Part shown: positions 17,868 to 26,900 of the stretch, one piece after another
How positions within the stretch are numbered: position 1 is the first letter of the stretch
Layout of the letters: each line of letters opens with the position of its first letter
NCBI GenBank assembly: GCA_049591535.1
Contig: JBAWFC010000008.1
Location: forward strand, 9,791-73,790
Length of the DNA: 64,000 nt
Direction: 5' to 3'
Source of the DNA: Thermoplasmata archaeon
Lineage (GTDB): Archaea > Thermoplasmatota > Thermoplasmata > Lutacidiplasmatales > UBA184
The notes under the pieces: generated by a model
What the model was told of the DNA's origin: nothing
What the model saw: the letters and a program-made list of their open reading frames with translations, nothing else
Database searches by the model: none
Program-made: the position numbers and the translations under genes

Positions 17868-19883
17868 TCAGGCCCCCTCGGCCAGGTCGAGGGGGGACTT
17901 GACCGCGAGCCGGGCAGCCAGACCGATGACGAGGACCATGAGCAGGAGCACGAGGGTCGCGCCCCATGCGTCGGTCTGCAAGTTCGCGTACTCCGAATTG
18001 AAGTTCAGATAGATGAACGGCGTCATCGCGGCGGTCTGGGTATTCAGGTTCGTAAACCAGTACCGGCTACCGCCGGCGGTGAGCAGCAAGGCCGCCGTGT
18101 CGCCGGAGGCACGGGAGACACCGAGCAGGATCCCCGTCACAACGGCACTTCGCGCGCAACCGAGAACGACCCGGAGGGTTACGCGATGGCGCGGAAACCC
18201 GAGGGCGAGCCCGGCCTCGCGAACGTCGTGAGAGACGGTTCGCAGGGACTCTTCAGTGGCCCGGGTGATGATGGGAATCATCACCACGCCCAGGGCGACG
18301 CCGCCCGACAAGGCGCTCAACGCCGAGTAGTGGTCGACGTAGAGGAAGAGCACGAAAATGAAGAGACCGATCAGGATCGTTGGCACTCCGGTCATCACGT
18401 CGGTCAAGAAGCTGATCGCACGAGCGAACCGGCTCCTTCCGTACTCGGAGAGGTAGATCCCCCCGAGCAGACCGACCGGGACGGCAATCAATGCCCCCAG
18501 GCCGAGCATGATTAAGGTCCCCTGGATCTCGGGACCGATTCCCCCGAGAGAACAACTGGTCCCCGGTCGGGGGTTGCAGCCGTTGGGCTGGAGGGAAGTG
18601 TAGAACGACGGCTGAACGACCGCTGCCCCCCCATAATGTGCCGCGGTTACGATGACGCTCGCCAGGGGGAGGAGGGCGAGAACCAGGCAGGCTCCCGCCA
18701 GTACGACGACCGTCCACTGCGTGATCCGACGACGTCGAAGGTGGGGCACCGCTGCCGAAATCGGTCGCCCTTCGGATGCGGAGAGCGGCGCACCGGGCCG
18801 CCCGACCGGTGAAGCCAGCGCAGGGTGTCGTCGCCGCCGCCGGACCCCTCCCCATCGGGCGCCCGAAGACTCCTCTGCGGCTCGGTCCCGAATTCTCCAG
18901 AGGATCACGCGGGCGAGTGCGTTGACCCCGACCGTGATCGCCAGGAGCACGAGCCCGAGTTCGACGAGGGCGTCGAGCTGCAGGCCGGCACCGACCTCAC
19001 CGAAGCTGCCCGCGATCCAGCTGGAGAGCGTGACGCCCTGGGAGAAGAGCGTACCGGGAAGAATGTAGATGTTGCCGATGACCATCGTGACCGCGATGGT
19101 TTCTCCCAGGGCGCGGCCCAGCCCAAGGATGACCCCCGCCGCGATTCCCGAGCGGGCGGGTCCGATGACTGCGAGGCGAGTGGCTTCCCAGCGCGTGGCG
19201 CCGAGGCTTAGGGCAGATTCTCTGTGGATGCGTGGAACCGCGAGCAAGGCCTCTCGGGAAACGGCGGCGATGGTCGGGAGGATCATCACCGAGAGGACGA
19301 TCGTCGCGGTGAAGAGGTCGAGACCGGTCGGCTCGGAGGAGAAGGGGTAGCCGCCCGAGGTCAACTTCGCGAGGCCCGGCTCGACGACCGAGCGCATGAG
19401 GGGGACGAGTACGATGAAGGCCCAGAACCCATAGACCACGGAAGGGACCGCCGCCGACAGGTCGAGGAGGTAGCCCAGCGGCTTGCGGAGCCGGCGCGGT
19501 GCTACCTCCGAGAGGAAGACGGCCACGCCCACGGCGAGCGGGACCGCGATGAGGAGCGCGAGCGCGCTCGTCAGCAGCGTTCCGCCGATCGCGGGGGCCG
19601 CCCCGTAGATGTTGCGAACGCCGTCCCAGTCCGAGCCGGTCAGGAACCCGAACCCGAATCGGGTGATCGACGGCCACGAATCCACGACTAGGACCGCGAC
19701 GAGCGCCGCGACCAAGACGAGGATCCCGGTGGCGACCGCAGCGGCCCCGACATGAAAGGCGGTGCCCAAGCGACGGAGGAACCGCACCCGCCGGGGGCGT
19801 TCCGGGTGCCGGGGAGCGTGGGCTACTCCGTTCGCCGGAACGGCGGTTCCCCCCTCACCCACACGCGGGGATGGCCTCTCCAT
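17868..19883 (-). CDS. pstCA: Fused phosphate ABC permease PstC-PstA (single 671-aa ORF)
   Basis: It contains two complete permease modules, each with an EAA-type loop ([13 protein letters not shown] and [13 protein letters not shown]). They are joined by an Arg/Pro-rich linker of about 55 aa. No stop or frame change occurs between the halves. Confidence 0.9.
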   Translation of the reverse strand: MERPSPRVGEGGTAVPANGVAHAPRHPERPRRVRFLRRLGTAFHVGAAAVATGILVLVAALVAVLVVDSWPSITRFGFGFLTGSDWDGVRNIYGAAPAIGGTLLTSALALLIAVPLAVGVAVFLSEVAPRRLRKPLGYLLDLSAAVPSVVYGFWAFIVLVPLMRSVVEPGLAKLTSGGYPFSSEPTGLDLFTATIVLSVMILPTIAAVSREALLAVPRIHRESALSLGATRWEATRLAVIGPARSGIAAGVILGLGRALGETIAVTMVIGNIYILPGTLFSQGVTLSSWIAGSFGEVGAGLQLDALVELGLVLLAITVGVNALARVILWRIRDRAAEESSGARWGGVRRRRRHPALASPVGRPGAPLSASEGRPISAAVPHLRRRRITQWTVVVLAGACLVLALLPLASVIVTAAHYGGAAVVQPSFYTSLQPNGCNPRPGTSCSLGGIGPEIQGTLIMLGLGALIAVPVGLLGGIYLSEYGRSRFARAISFLTDVMTGVPTILIGLFIFVLFLYVDHYSALSALSGGVALGVVMIPIITRATEESLRTVSHDVREAGLALGFPRHRVTLRVVLGCARSAVVTGILLGVSRASGDTAALLLTAGGSRYWFTNLNTQTAAMTPFIYLNFNSEYANLQTDAWGATLVLLLMVLVIGLAARLAVKSPLDLAEGA

Positions 19884-21126
19884 TAAAGGTCATCGTTTGA
19901 ATTCCGGCCTGGTCGATCGCAACGACCGCCGCCGGCAACGCAACGTAGTACAGGCCGGTGGAGTTCGAGTACGTCTGACCGACGGTAATCGCCCAGCTGA
20001 CGAACTGGACCAGCACCTGGGCCTTGTCGAGCGTCGGCGCGTACCCCTTGTCGGCGGCCTGGTAAACGTACAGGTAGATGAACGTCGCCAGCGGATAGTC
20101 CTCCGTTCCCTGCGCGTTGACCATGCTGACGTTGAACCAGCTCCCGTCGGAGGCGGGGAGGGCGGTCGTCGCCGTCTTGTCGGAGATCGCGGACGCGGTG
20201 CTCGCGAGCGTAGGCACGACGAAGGTCCCCTTCGGGTTCTGGACAGCCGCGTAGCCCGGCGGCGTGCTCGCGAGAAGCAGGTCTGTAAGGTCGCTGTAGC
20301 CGATGCTGTAGGTCGTCGTCTCGACGGTGGAGAGGACCGCGCTGTTTCCCTTCGCGGCCGTCTGCATCGGCGCGGAGGGCCAGCTGATCGAGATCCCCTG
20401 CCCGGGCCCGCCACCCGAAATGTTCCATGCACTGCTATCGTCCGAAAGGAAGTTCGTCAGTACGTACGTCGTCCCCGCGGCGTCGGACCGGTGGACCGTA
20501 TCGATCGTGGCATTCGGGAGGTCGACCCCCGCGTTGTTCGCCCGGATCGCCGAGTCGTTCCAGTTGGTGATCGTCCCCAGGTAGATGTCGGCAATGATGC
20601 CGCCGGTCAAGTTCACGTGGCCCGTGACCCCCGGGAGGTTGTAGATGATCGCGAGCGCCCCGGCCGTGACGGGGAGAGTGAGCGCCGTTCCGGGAAGCGC
20701 CGCGACGTCCGCCGACGTGAGCGGTTCGTCCGCTATCGCGAAATCGACCAGCGGAGGGTGCTCTGAAAAGTCGGTGATCCCAGTACCGGAGCCCGCGCCC
20801 GGGTAGTTCACCTGGTTGGAGGTTTGCTGCTGGAAGGAGGTTTCCCACTGGTCCATGAGAGGGATGGCAATCTGCGCGCCGTTCCCTTGGAGCGTCGTCC
20901 CCGTCGAACAGGTCCCCGGCTTCGACGACGAGGCAGTGAACCAGTTCTCCTCGTACCCCACCGCGACGGCCGCGACCACAAGGATCAACACGGCCAGCAG
21001 GGCAAAGATCCCGGCCCGGCTCTTCGAGCGCTTGATGGGCGGCATCAATGCGCCGCCGGAGGACGAGGCCACGGGCGCGGCGGGCGGAGCGCTCACGGGC
21101 GGCTCCTCCCGTCGGGGCCGAGACAC
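19855..21126 (-). CDS. pstS: Phosphate-binding protein PstS (membrane-anchored/lipobox-less, archaeal style)
   Basis: The N-terminal TM is IFALLAVLILVVAAVAV. The PstS-like core includes GAGSGTGITDF, DFAIADEPLT and YPLATFIYLYVY. It lies upstream of pstCA-pstB. The start is either GTG at 21126 or ATG at 21045. Confidence 0.85.
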   Translation of the reverse strand: MSRPRREEPPVSAPPAAPVASSSGGALMPPIKRSKSRAGIFALLAVLILVVAAVAVGYEENWFTASSSKPGTCSTGTTLQGNGAQIAIPLMDQWETSFQQQTSNQVNYPGAGSGTGITDFSEHPPLVDFAIADEPLTSADVAALPGTALTLPVTAGALAIIYNLPGVTGHVNLTGGIIADIYLGTITNWNDSAIRANNAGVDLPNATIDTVHRSDAAGTTYVLTNFLSDDSSAWNISGGGPGQGISISWPSAPMQTAAKGNSAVLSTVETTTYSIGYSDLTDLLLASTPPGYAAVQNPKGTFVVPTLASTASAISDKTATTALPASDGSWFNVSMVNAQGTEDYPLATFIYLYVYQAADKGYAPTLDKAQVLVQFVSWAITVGQTYSNSTGLYYVALPAAVVAIDQAGIQTMTFNGEAIPACG

Positions 21127-21423
21127 GATCCGAGGGTCGCTTCTCGCTGCGGACGGGTGCGCATGGCGGCGTATAACATGGGGGCCCCCAAAAAAGGACC
21201 GGGAGATAAACCCACGGAGTGGCGTACGATTCGAAACGCCTCACAGAATCTGCGTGGATTCGAGGTCCGGTCGTCAGAGTTGACCGGCCCGGGCCCCTCG
21301 ACGAGGGCCAATAGTGGTCCACGCCTCGCGGCTTCGGGCGCGCCGGCCCGAAACCCGCGCCGGTCGACGCACCCCTTCCGGCTGCGTACGAACGGTCCAG
21401 CCGCCGCAGCGCCGGGTGGAAAC

Positions 21424-21429
21424 GTATTT
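21424..21429 (+). promoter_or_regulatory. TATA-like GTATTT centred ~28 nt upstream of the cysC ATG (21455)
   Basis: Read directly (AACGTATTTGG). The spacing is consistent with a leaderless transcript. Confidence 0.4.
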
Positions 21430-21454
21430 GGTCCGGTGAGCACGGTGCCGGAAG

Positions 21455-22006
21455 ATGCCCGAAGCCGCTGGCGCCGAGAGAGAAGGATTCGTCGTCTGGA
21501 TGGAGGGCCTATCGGGCGCGGGCAAGACGACGCTCTCGCGCGAGGTATCGACGCGGGTCCGGGGGATGGGGTGGAAATCGGAGGTACTCGACGGGGACGA
21601 GGTCCGCCGCATGTTTTCTCCCGAGCTCGGTTTCTCGAGGAGCGACCGGGAGTTCCATGCCCGTCGAGTGAGCTATGTCGCGAGACTCCTCGCCCGCAAC
21701 GGAGTAGCGGTCCTTGTCGCGATGATCACTCCGTACGAGACGTCGCGCCAGGCGGCGCGATCCGAGGTCGCCGCCCGGTTCACCGAAGTGTGGTTGAAGT
21801 GCCCCCTCGAAGTCTGTCGGAGCCGGGACCCGAAGGGGATCTACAAGCGGACCCAGGAGGGCGGTGTGAAGAAAATGACCGGTGTCGACGATCCGTTTGA
21901 GGAGCCTCTGAACCCGGATCTCGTGGTGGACACCTCCACGGATCCCGTGGGGAAGAGCGTGGAGCGGATTTTGGACCACTTGTGGATGGTTCACTTTCTT
22001 GGCTAA
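21455..22006 (+). CDS. cysC: Adenylylsulfate (APS) kinase, copy 1
   Basis: P-loop GLSGAGKTT, LDGDEVRR, LGFSRSDRE, ITPYETSR, RDPKGIYKR and MTGVDDPFEEP together form the full APS-kinase motif set. Confidence 0.85.
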   Translation: MPEAAGAEREGFVVWMEGLSGAGKTTLSREVSTRVRGMGWKSEVLDGDEVRRMFSPELGFSRSDREFHARRVSYVARLLARNGVAVLVAMITPYETSRQAARSEVAARFTEVWLKCPLEVCRSRDPKGIYKRTQEGGVKKMTGVDDPFEEPLNPDLVVDTSTDPVGKSVERILDHLWMVHFLG

Positions 22007-22075
22007 GGTAGGATGGGTGGCCGTCCCCGTCGACCCAAGCGTGGAAACCAGCGCTCCCGGCGCTCTTCTTGTCGG

Positions 22076-22612
22076 CTACGCTCGCGCAGGCCACCCGAGG
22101 CGTTCCAGTTCGGAGAGGACAAACTCCGCGCACTGCGCCGGAGTTCGTCCGACCGTCTCCACGCGGATGTCGGGAGCCGTGGGGACTTCGTACGGGTCGT
22201 CCACGCCGGTCATGTCGTGGACTAGGCCCTGATGGGCCTTCTTGTAGAGCCCCTTGACGTCGCGCTGCTCGCAGACGTCGATCGGAGTCGTCACGTAGAT
22301 CTCGACGAATCGGCCGATCTCGGATCGGGCACGGGCCCGGGACGTCGCGTAGGGCGAGATGAGCGCCACGATTGGGATCGCCCCGTTCCGAGCAAGGACC
22401 TTGGCGACGTACGTCACGCGGCCCGCGTGCGCTTCCCTCGCCTTTCGATCAAATCCAAGGTCCGAACTGAGACCCTGGCGGACCTCGTCTCCATCGAGTA
22501 GTTCGACGTTCCAGCCTCGCGCCCGCAGTAGCGGGGTGAGTTCCCGAGCAATCGTCGTCTTGCCGGCGGAGGGAAGCCCGGTGAGCCAGAGGCAGTATCC
22601 CTGGTGAGTCAT
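22076..22612 (-). CDS. cysC: Adenylylsulfate (APS) kinase, copy 2
   Basis: P-loop GLPSAGKTT, LDGDEVRQ, LGFDRKAREAH, ISPYATSR, RDVKGLYKKA and MTGVDDPYEVP are present. It is convergent with copy 1. Confidence 0.9.
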   Translation of the reverse strand: MTHQGYCLWLTGLPSAGKTTIARELTPLLRARGWNVELLDGDEVRQGLSSDLGFDRKAREAHAGRVTYVAKVLARNGAIPIVALISPYATSRARARSEIGRFVEIYVTTPIDVCEQRDVKGLYKKAHQGLVHDMTGVDDPYEVPTAPDIRVETVGRTPAQCAEFVLSELERLGWPARA

Positions 22613-22763
22613 GGTGGTCAGACACCGCCGCGCACGCGCTTCTGCATATCAAGCTTACTTGCGCTCCGGCGTAGCGCAACGGCCTGCCGAAAGACGGTCA
22701 ACGGTGGGAAGGGGCATCACGGCGTTGAGGCCGGATGCCCCGAAAGGGTTCGATTACTCCCGC

Positions 22764-23699
22764 TTAGCGGTATCCGTGCCAAGTAATCGTAAAGTCCGAC
22801 TTCCCGAAGAAGTAGCTGGACAGCGGTCCCGTCTTCTGGATCGTCTTTCCGCTAACGCCCCCGATCTGGTCGATGACGTAGTTGGTGACGTGCGACCCGT
22901 GGCTGCCGATTCCCGCGAACGTAGAACCAACGGTGTCCGCGCACGCGTAGAAGGTCGTGGTCCCGTAGTCGCTCAGCTTCGCGATTCCCCCGTTGACGCC
23001 TGGGGCCTCGGAGATGCACTCGGCCGAGCCGTCTACTCCGGTCTCGCAGCCATTCGAGTCGCAGACGGTGGGGTTCCCCGTGACCTGGAACGACGCGGCC
23101 TGATCGTCGGTGTCTCCGACCTGCAGCGTGTAGATTCCCGCCACTCCATTGTAGGACGCCGCCGGGTTGTAGAGGATGTAGGCCTGGAGGAAGTCTCCCG
23201 CGCCGACCGTCGACACGAGTTGAACGCTGTTGTACGGGTAGAACTCCCACCAGTCGTAGTACACCGGCGTCGCACCGGGAGACGAGCAGTAGGAAAGCGA
23301 TCCGGCTTGCTCCACCGTGCCGGTGCCGTATCCGTCGATCCCAACCCACGAGACCTGGTAGGTGAACCCGGAGGTCTCACCGCACGTTACGGTGGGGACG
23401 TTCCACTCCGCCGTGACCTCGTAAATGCTGCCGGAGGTCGCCGTATTGGCGTACCCGGCCCAGTTTCCGCTGTTCACGTGCTGGGCTGCCTGAACGGGTC
23501 CCCGCTGCATGGAGGCATGCATGGACGCCGTGATCGCTGCCAAGTTCGCCGAGATCGAATTCTCCTTCTCAGTGGTCTGGGCCGCCGGTGTCGCATGTAG
23601 TGCCGCTCCGGCAGCGACCACCGCAAAGCCGACCGACAAGACCATCGTTGCCGCTAGCACCAGCGAAGCTGCTACGCTCCACCAGCCCTTCGTCTGCAT
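22764..23699 (-). CDS. Secreted glutamic peptidase, family G1 (eqolisin / former A4)
   Basis: An N-terminal TM/signal is present. The G1 hallmarks are in order: NSGNWAGY, ...YQVSWVGIDGY... (the catalytic Gln region) and ...GSAECISEAP... (the position of the catalytic Glu, AEWIVE-like). The size and beta-sandwich-like composition also fit. Confidence 0.7.
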   Translation of the reverse strand: MQTKGWWSVAASLVLAATMVLSVGFAVVAAGAALHATPAAQTTEKENSISANLAAITASMHASMQRGPVQAAQHVNSGNWAGYANTATSGSIYEVTAEWNVPTVTCGETSGFTYQVSWVGIDGYGTGTVEQAGSLSYCSSPGATPVYYDWWEFYPYNSVQLVSTVGAGDFLQAYILYNPAASYNGVAGIYTLQVGDTDDQAASFQVTGNPTVCDSNGCETGVDGSAECISEAPGVNGGIAKLSDYGTTTFYACADTVGSTFAGIGSHGSHVTNYVIDQIGGVSGKTIQKTGPLSSYFFGKSDFTITWHGYR

Positions 23700-23717
23700 A
23701 AGTGCGGATATACATCC

Positions 23718-23726
23718 CTATATTTA
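23718..23726 (-). promoter_or_regulatory. TATA-like box (minus strand TAAATATAG) ~23-27 nt upstream of the peptidase ATG at 23699
   Basis: Read directly. It is an AT-rich island in an otherwise GC-rich spacer. Confidence 0.4.
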
Positions 23727-23924
23727 GTAGCCGGGCCTAGTCGTGACCGCGAAGCTACGGGACGCCCGTAGGTACCCGCTAACCTACGGGACCTCTGGAT
23801 TTTCCCATAGACTTCGGGAGACGGGCCCGTGCGCCCCCGTGCTCGGCCGTCTTCGACCATCCACGAGCCGTCGCGCATCAAACTCGGCCAGGGAAATCGC
23901 TCGGTCCGGCCGATGAGGGATTCG

Positions 23925-25334
23925 CTAACGGAAATGCGCGATAGGTCGTCCTTGAACGTTCGCGGGGACTGGAATCCCCATCAAGGATAGGATCGTCGGA
24001 CCGACGTCGATCAACTTCTCGGTCGGGCCGCGGACTCCCACCCCAGCCGCCGGGTTCGTGATCGAGTAGACCCCGTCGAACGAGTGCACCGAGTCGTCCG
24101 GTCCCGTGTCGTTCTCCGATAGGTAGAGCGTGTCGTAGCCCACGGTCCCGGCGGAGCGCCACGCCACGTTCCCGAAATAGACCATCATGTCGGGCGCATC
24201 GCCGCGAACTTCGTGGTAGACGCTCCGGGGAAGGCGCACATCGGGCTGGAGGGACACGCCGTCCGGCCCGCAGATCTTCCGCAGATCCCCCGTCAGTTGG
24301 GCCTCGAACTTGGGCAGATCCTTGGGGCGGATGACCCCTTCGGGCTCGCGGTCCTTGACGTTGTAGAAGATACGGGCGTAGTACCCGCCCGCGCCCCACG
24401 CCCGCGTCTTCGCCCAGTCGATGGCCGCCTTTTCGATCTGGGTCCCCGCCGGGGGCCGGGGCCCCTTGAGCGTGAGGTACCCCTTCTGGATCAGCCACTC
24501 GTTGATGCAGAAACCGCCGGCCATCGCCTGGCTGCCGTGGTCCGAGAGAAGGAGGATGCGCACGTCGTCGGCGACGCCGTCGGTCAGCGACCCGATCTCC
24601 GCGTCGAGCATCGAATAATACCCCTCCACGATCTCGCGGTACTTCGGGTTCTCCTCATAGCGCGGGTGTTTCGTGTCGAAATACTTCCAGAACGTATGGT
24701 GCAGGCGGTCCGGTCCGATCTCGTGGAGGGCAAAGAAGTCCCACTTCTCCTTCGCCCAGAGATGACGGGCGACCGCGAAGTGCTTCTTCGTCATCTGGGT
24801 GAGCTGGGCGCCGATCCGGTCGCGGTCCTCGGCGCGGAATGTCACGTCGAACTCGTAGTCGCCGGCCACTTGCTGGATCTCGTCCTTGAGGGTCGGGGGA
24901 AAAACGAAGTCCGTCGCCTTGTCCGGCGTCAGGAAATCGGAGATGTAGACGCCGTTCACCCGGGGCGGAGGGTATCCGGGCGGCATTCCGATGATACAGA
25001 CCCGCTTTCCCGCGCGCGAGAGATGGTCCCAGACCAGCGGCTGGAGGAGAGTGCGGGACGAGGGAATGTACGTCTCCCAGTAGGTGCCCGGCCGGCGGTG
25101 TCGGAACCCGTAGATGCCCAGCGTGCCGGGGTCCATTCCCGACCACATGACCGCCCAGGCGGGTACGGTGATCGGAGGGTCGGTACTGAGGAGCGTTCCG
25201 AAGGTCGATCGTTTGAGGAGTTCCTGGACGTGGGGCATCCGCGGAAGGAATCGGTCGAACAGCAGGCCGGGGGGAACGGAGTCGAGACCGATGGCGAGCA
25301 CTCGCGTCGGGGGGGAACCCATGACCGCCCCCAC
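23925..25334 (-). CDS. Alkaline-phosphatase-superfamily protein, type I phosphodiesterase/NPP-like (COG3379-type), cytoplasmic
   Basis: VLAIGLDSVPPG (metal-binding Asp), DPPITVPAWAVMWSGMDPG (Thr nucleophile position), LLLSDHGSQ and a conserved C-terminal half are present. There is no signal peptide. Confidence 0.85.
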   Translation of the reverse strand: MGAVMGSPPTRVLAIGLDSVPPGLLFDRFLPRMPHVQELLKRSTFGTLLSTDPPITVPAWAVMWSGMDPGTLGIYGFRHRRPGTYWETYIPSSRTLLQPLVWDHLSRAGKRVCIIGMPPGYPPPRVNGVYISDFLTPDKATDFVFPPTLKDEIQQVAGDYEFDVTFRAEDRDRIGAQLTQMTKKHFAVARHLWAKEKWDFFALHEIGPDRLHHTFWKYFDTKHPRYEENPKYREIVEGYYSMLDAEIGSLTDGVADDVRILLLSDHGSQAMAGGFCINEWLIQKGYLTLKGPRPPAGTQIEKAAIDWAKTRAWGAGGYYARIFYNVKDREPEGVIRPKDLPKFEAQLTGDLRKICGPDGVSLQPDVRLPRSVYHEVRGDAPDMMVYFGNVAWRSAGTVGYDTLYLSENDTGPDDSVHSFDGVYSITNPAAGVGVRGPTEKLIDVGPTILSLMGIPVPANVQGRPIAHFR

Positions 25335-25477
25335 GAAGACTCGCTCATAACCCTGACGCGGGAGCGGTAGGGCCCGATCCGGTCGGTGTACCGCCCGCGT
25401 CGATTCCGCGCCCGCCCCCGGCCCGATGGGGGGCCACAGGGTAATAGGCCCGCCATAGTTGCCGTAGGAGGAGCTAC

Positions 25478-26878
25478 TTGGCGGGGACCGGCGTGCGTCG
25501 ACGACTGTTGGTGATCGGTCTCGACGGGGTGCCTCCCGAGTTTCTCTTCGACCGGATGCGTCCGGTCATGCCGACCACGGCCCGGCTGCTCGACCGGTCG
25601 CTCCGGGCCCCGCTGCGGACCACCGACCCCCCGCTCTCGATCCCGGCGTGGCCGGTGATGTTCTCCGGTGTCGACCCCGGAACGCTGGGGTTCTACGGTT
25701 TCCGGCATCGGAAGGATCACTCGTACACCGAGACGTACGTCCCGACCTCGACCCAGATGCCGGTCCCCAGCGTCTGGCAGACGGTGTCGTCCGCGGGCCG
25801 GCGGGTGGCCGTGATCGGGATGCCGATGGGATACCCCCCGCCGATCGTCAACGGGCTGTTCGTCTCCGACTTCCTCACTCCGCCGGGAAGTCGGCCGTTC
25901 ACGTCGCCGCCCGAACTCGGCGGGGAGCTCGAAGCCAAGTACGGCCCCTATCCGTTCGACGTGGTCTTCCGTTCGAACGAGCGCGAGCGGCTGCTCGGCG
26001 AGATACTCCGGATGACCGAAACGCGGTTCCGCATCGCGGCGGACCTAGTGGCCCGCGAGCCGTGGGACCTGTTCGGAGTGCACGAGATCGGTTCCGACCG
26101 CCTCAACCACGCCTACTGGAAGTGCTTTGACGACCGGCATCCGGACTTCGTCCCCGGGAACCCGCACGCGGGGGCCGCTCGGAAGTTCTACGAGGTGCTC
26201 GACCGGGGGATCGCGGGTCTTCTCGCGGCCGCCGGCCCCGAGGCCGCGGTCCTCATCGTCTCCGACCACGGCAGCATGGCCATGCGCGGATGCTTCTGCA
26301 TCAACCAGTGGCTCGCCGAGAAGGGGTACCTCGTCCTCCGTTCACCGCCCGCTCCCGGGACTCCGCTCGAGAAGGCCGACGTCGACTGGGACCGGACGAC
26401 GGTCTGGGGCTCGGGGGGGTACTACGCACGGATCTTCTTCAATATCCGGGGCCGCGAGGCGCGCGGGATCGTGGCGCTCGACCAGGTGCCGGCCCTCCGT
26501 CGCCACCTCGAGGACGACCTCCAGCGGATCCCGGCCCCGGACGGAGAGATGCTGGACGTCGACCTGCTCGACCCCGCGTCGCTCTATCACGAAGTGCGGG
26601 GCGACGCGCCCGACCTCATGCTCTACTTCGGGGACCTGAAGTGGCGGTCCGCGGGAACGATGGGCTACCCTTCGCTCTTCCTTCGGGAGAACGACACCGG
26701 ACCGGACGACGCGGTGCACAGCTGGAACGGCGTGTTCGTCTGGTACGACCCCGAGCGGGAGGGACCGGCGGGGGAGCTGCCGACCCAGCAGATACGGGAC
26801 GTCGCGCCGACGATCCTCGAGTATCTCGGGGTCCCGCTCCCCGCGCACCTGCAGGGCCGACCGATCGTCCGGAGCTGA
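25478..26878 (+). CDS. Alkaline-phosphatase-superfamily protein, NPP-like (COG3379-type), paralogue; cytoplasmic
   Basis: LLVIGLDGVPPE, DPPLSIPAWPVMFSGVDPG (Ser at the nucleophile position) and LIVSDHGSM are present. It aligns along its whole length with 23925..25334. The start is TTG, preceded by GGAGGAG (25463-25469). Confidence 0.85.
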   Translation: MAGTGVRRRLLVIGLDGVPPEFLFDRMRPVMPTTARLLDRSLRAPLRTTDPPLSIPAWPVMFSGVDPGTLGFYGFRHRKDHSYTETYVPTSTQMPVPSVWQTVSSAGRRVAVIGMPMGYPPPIVNGLFVSDFLTPPGSRPFTSPPELGGELEAKYGPYPFDVVFRSNERERLLGEILRMTETRFRIAADLVAREPWDLFGVHEIGSDRLNHAYWKCFDDRHPDFVPGNPHAGAARKFYEVLDRGIAGLLAAAGPEAAVLIVSDHGSMAMRGCFCINQWLAEKGYLVLRSPPAPGTPLEKADVDWDRTTVWGSGGYYARIFFNIRGREARGIVALDQVPALRRHLEDDLQRIPAPDGEMLDVDLLDPASLYHEVRGDAPDLMLYFGDLKWRSAGTMGYPSLFLRENDTGPDDAVHSWNGVFVWYDPEREGPAGELPTQQIRDVAPTILEYLGVPLPAHLQGRPIVRS

Positions 26879-26900
26879 AACCGACCGGCCGCCGGGGTCG

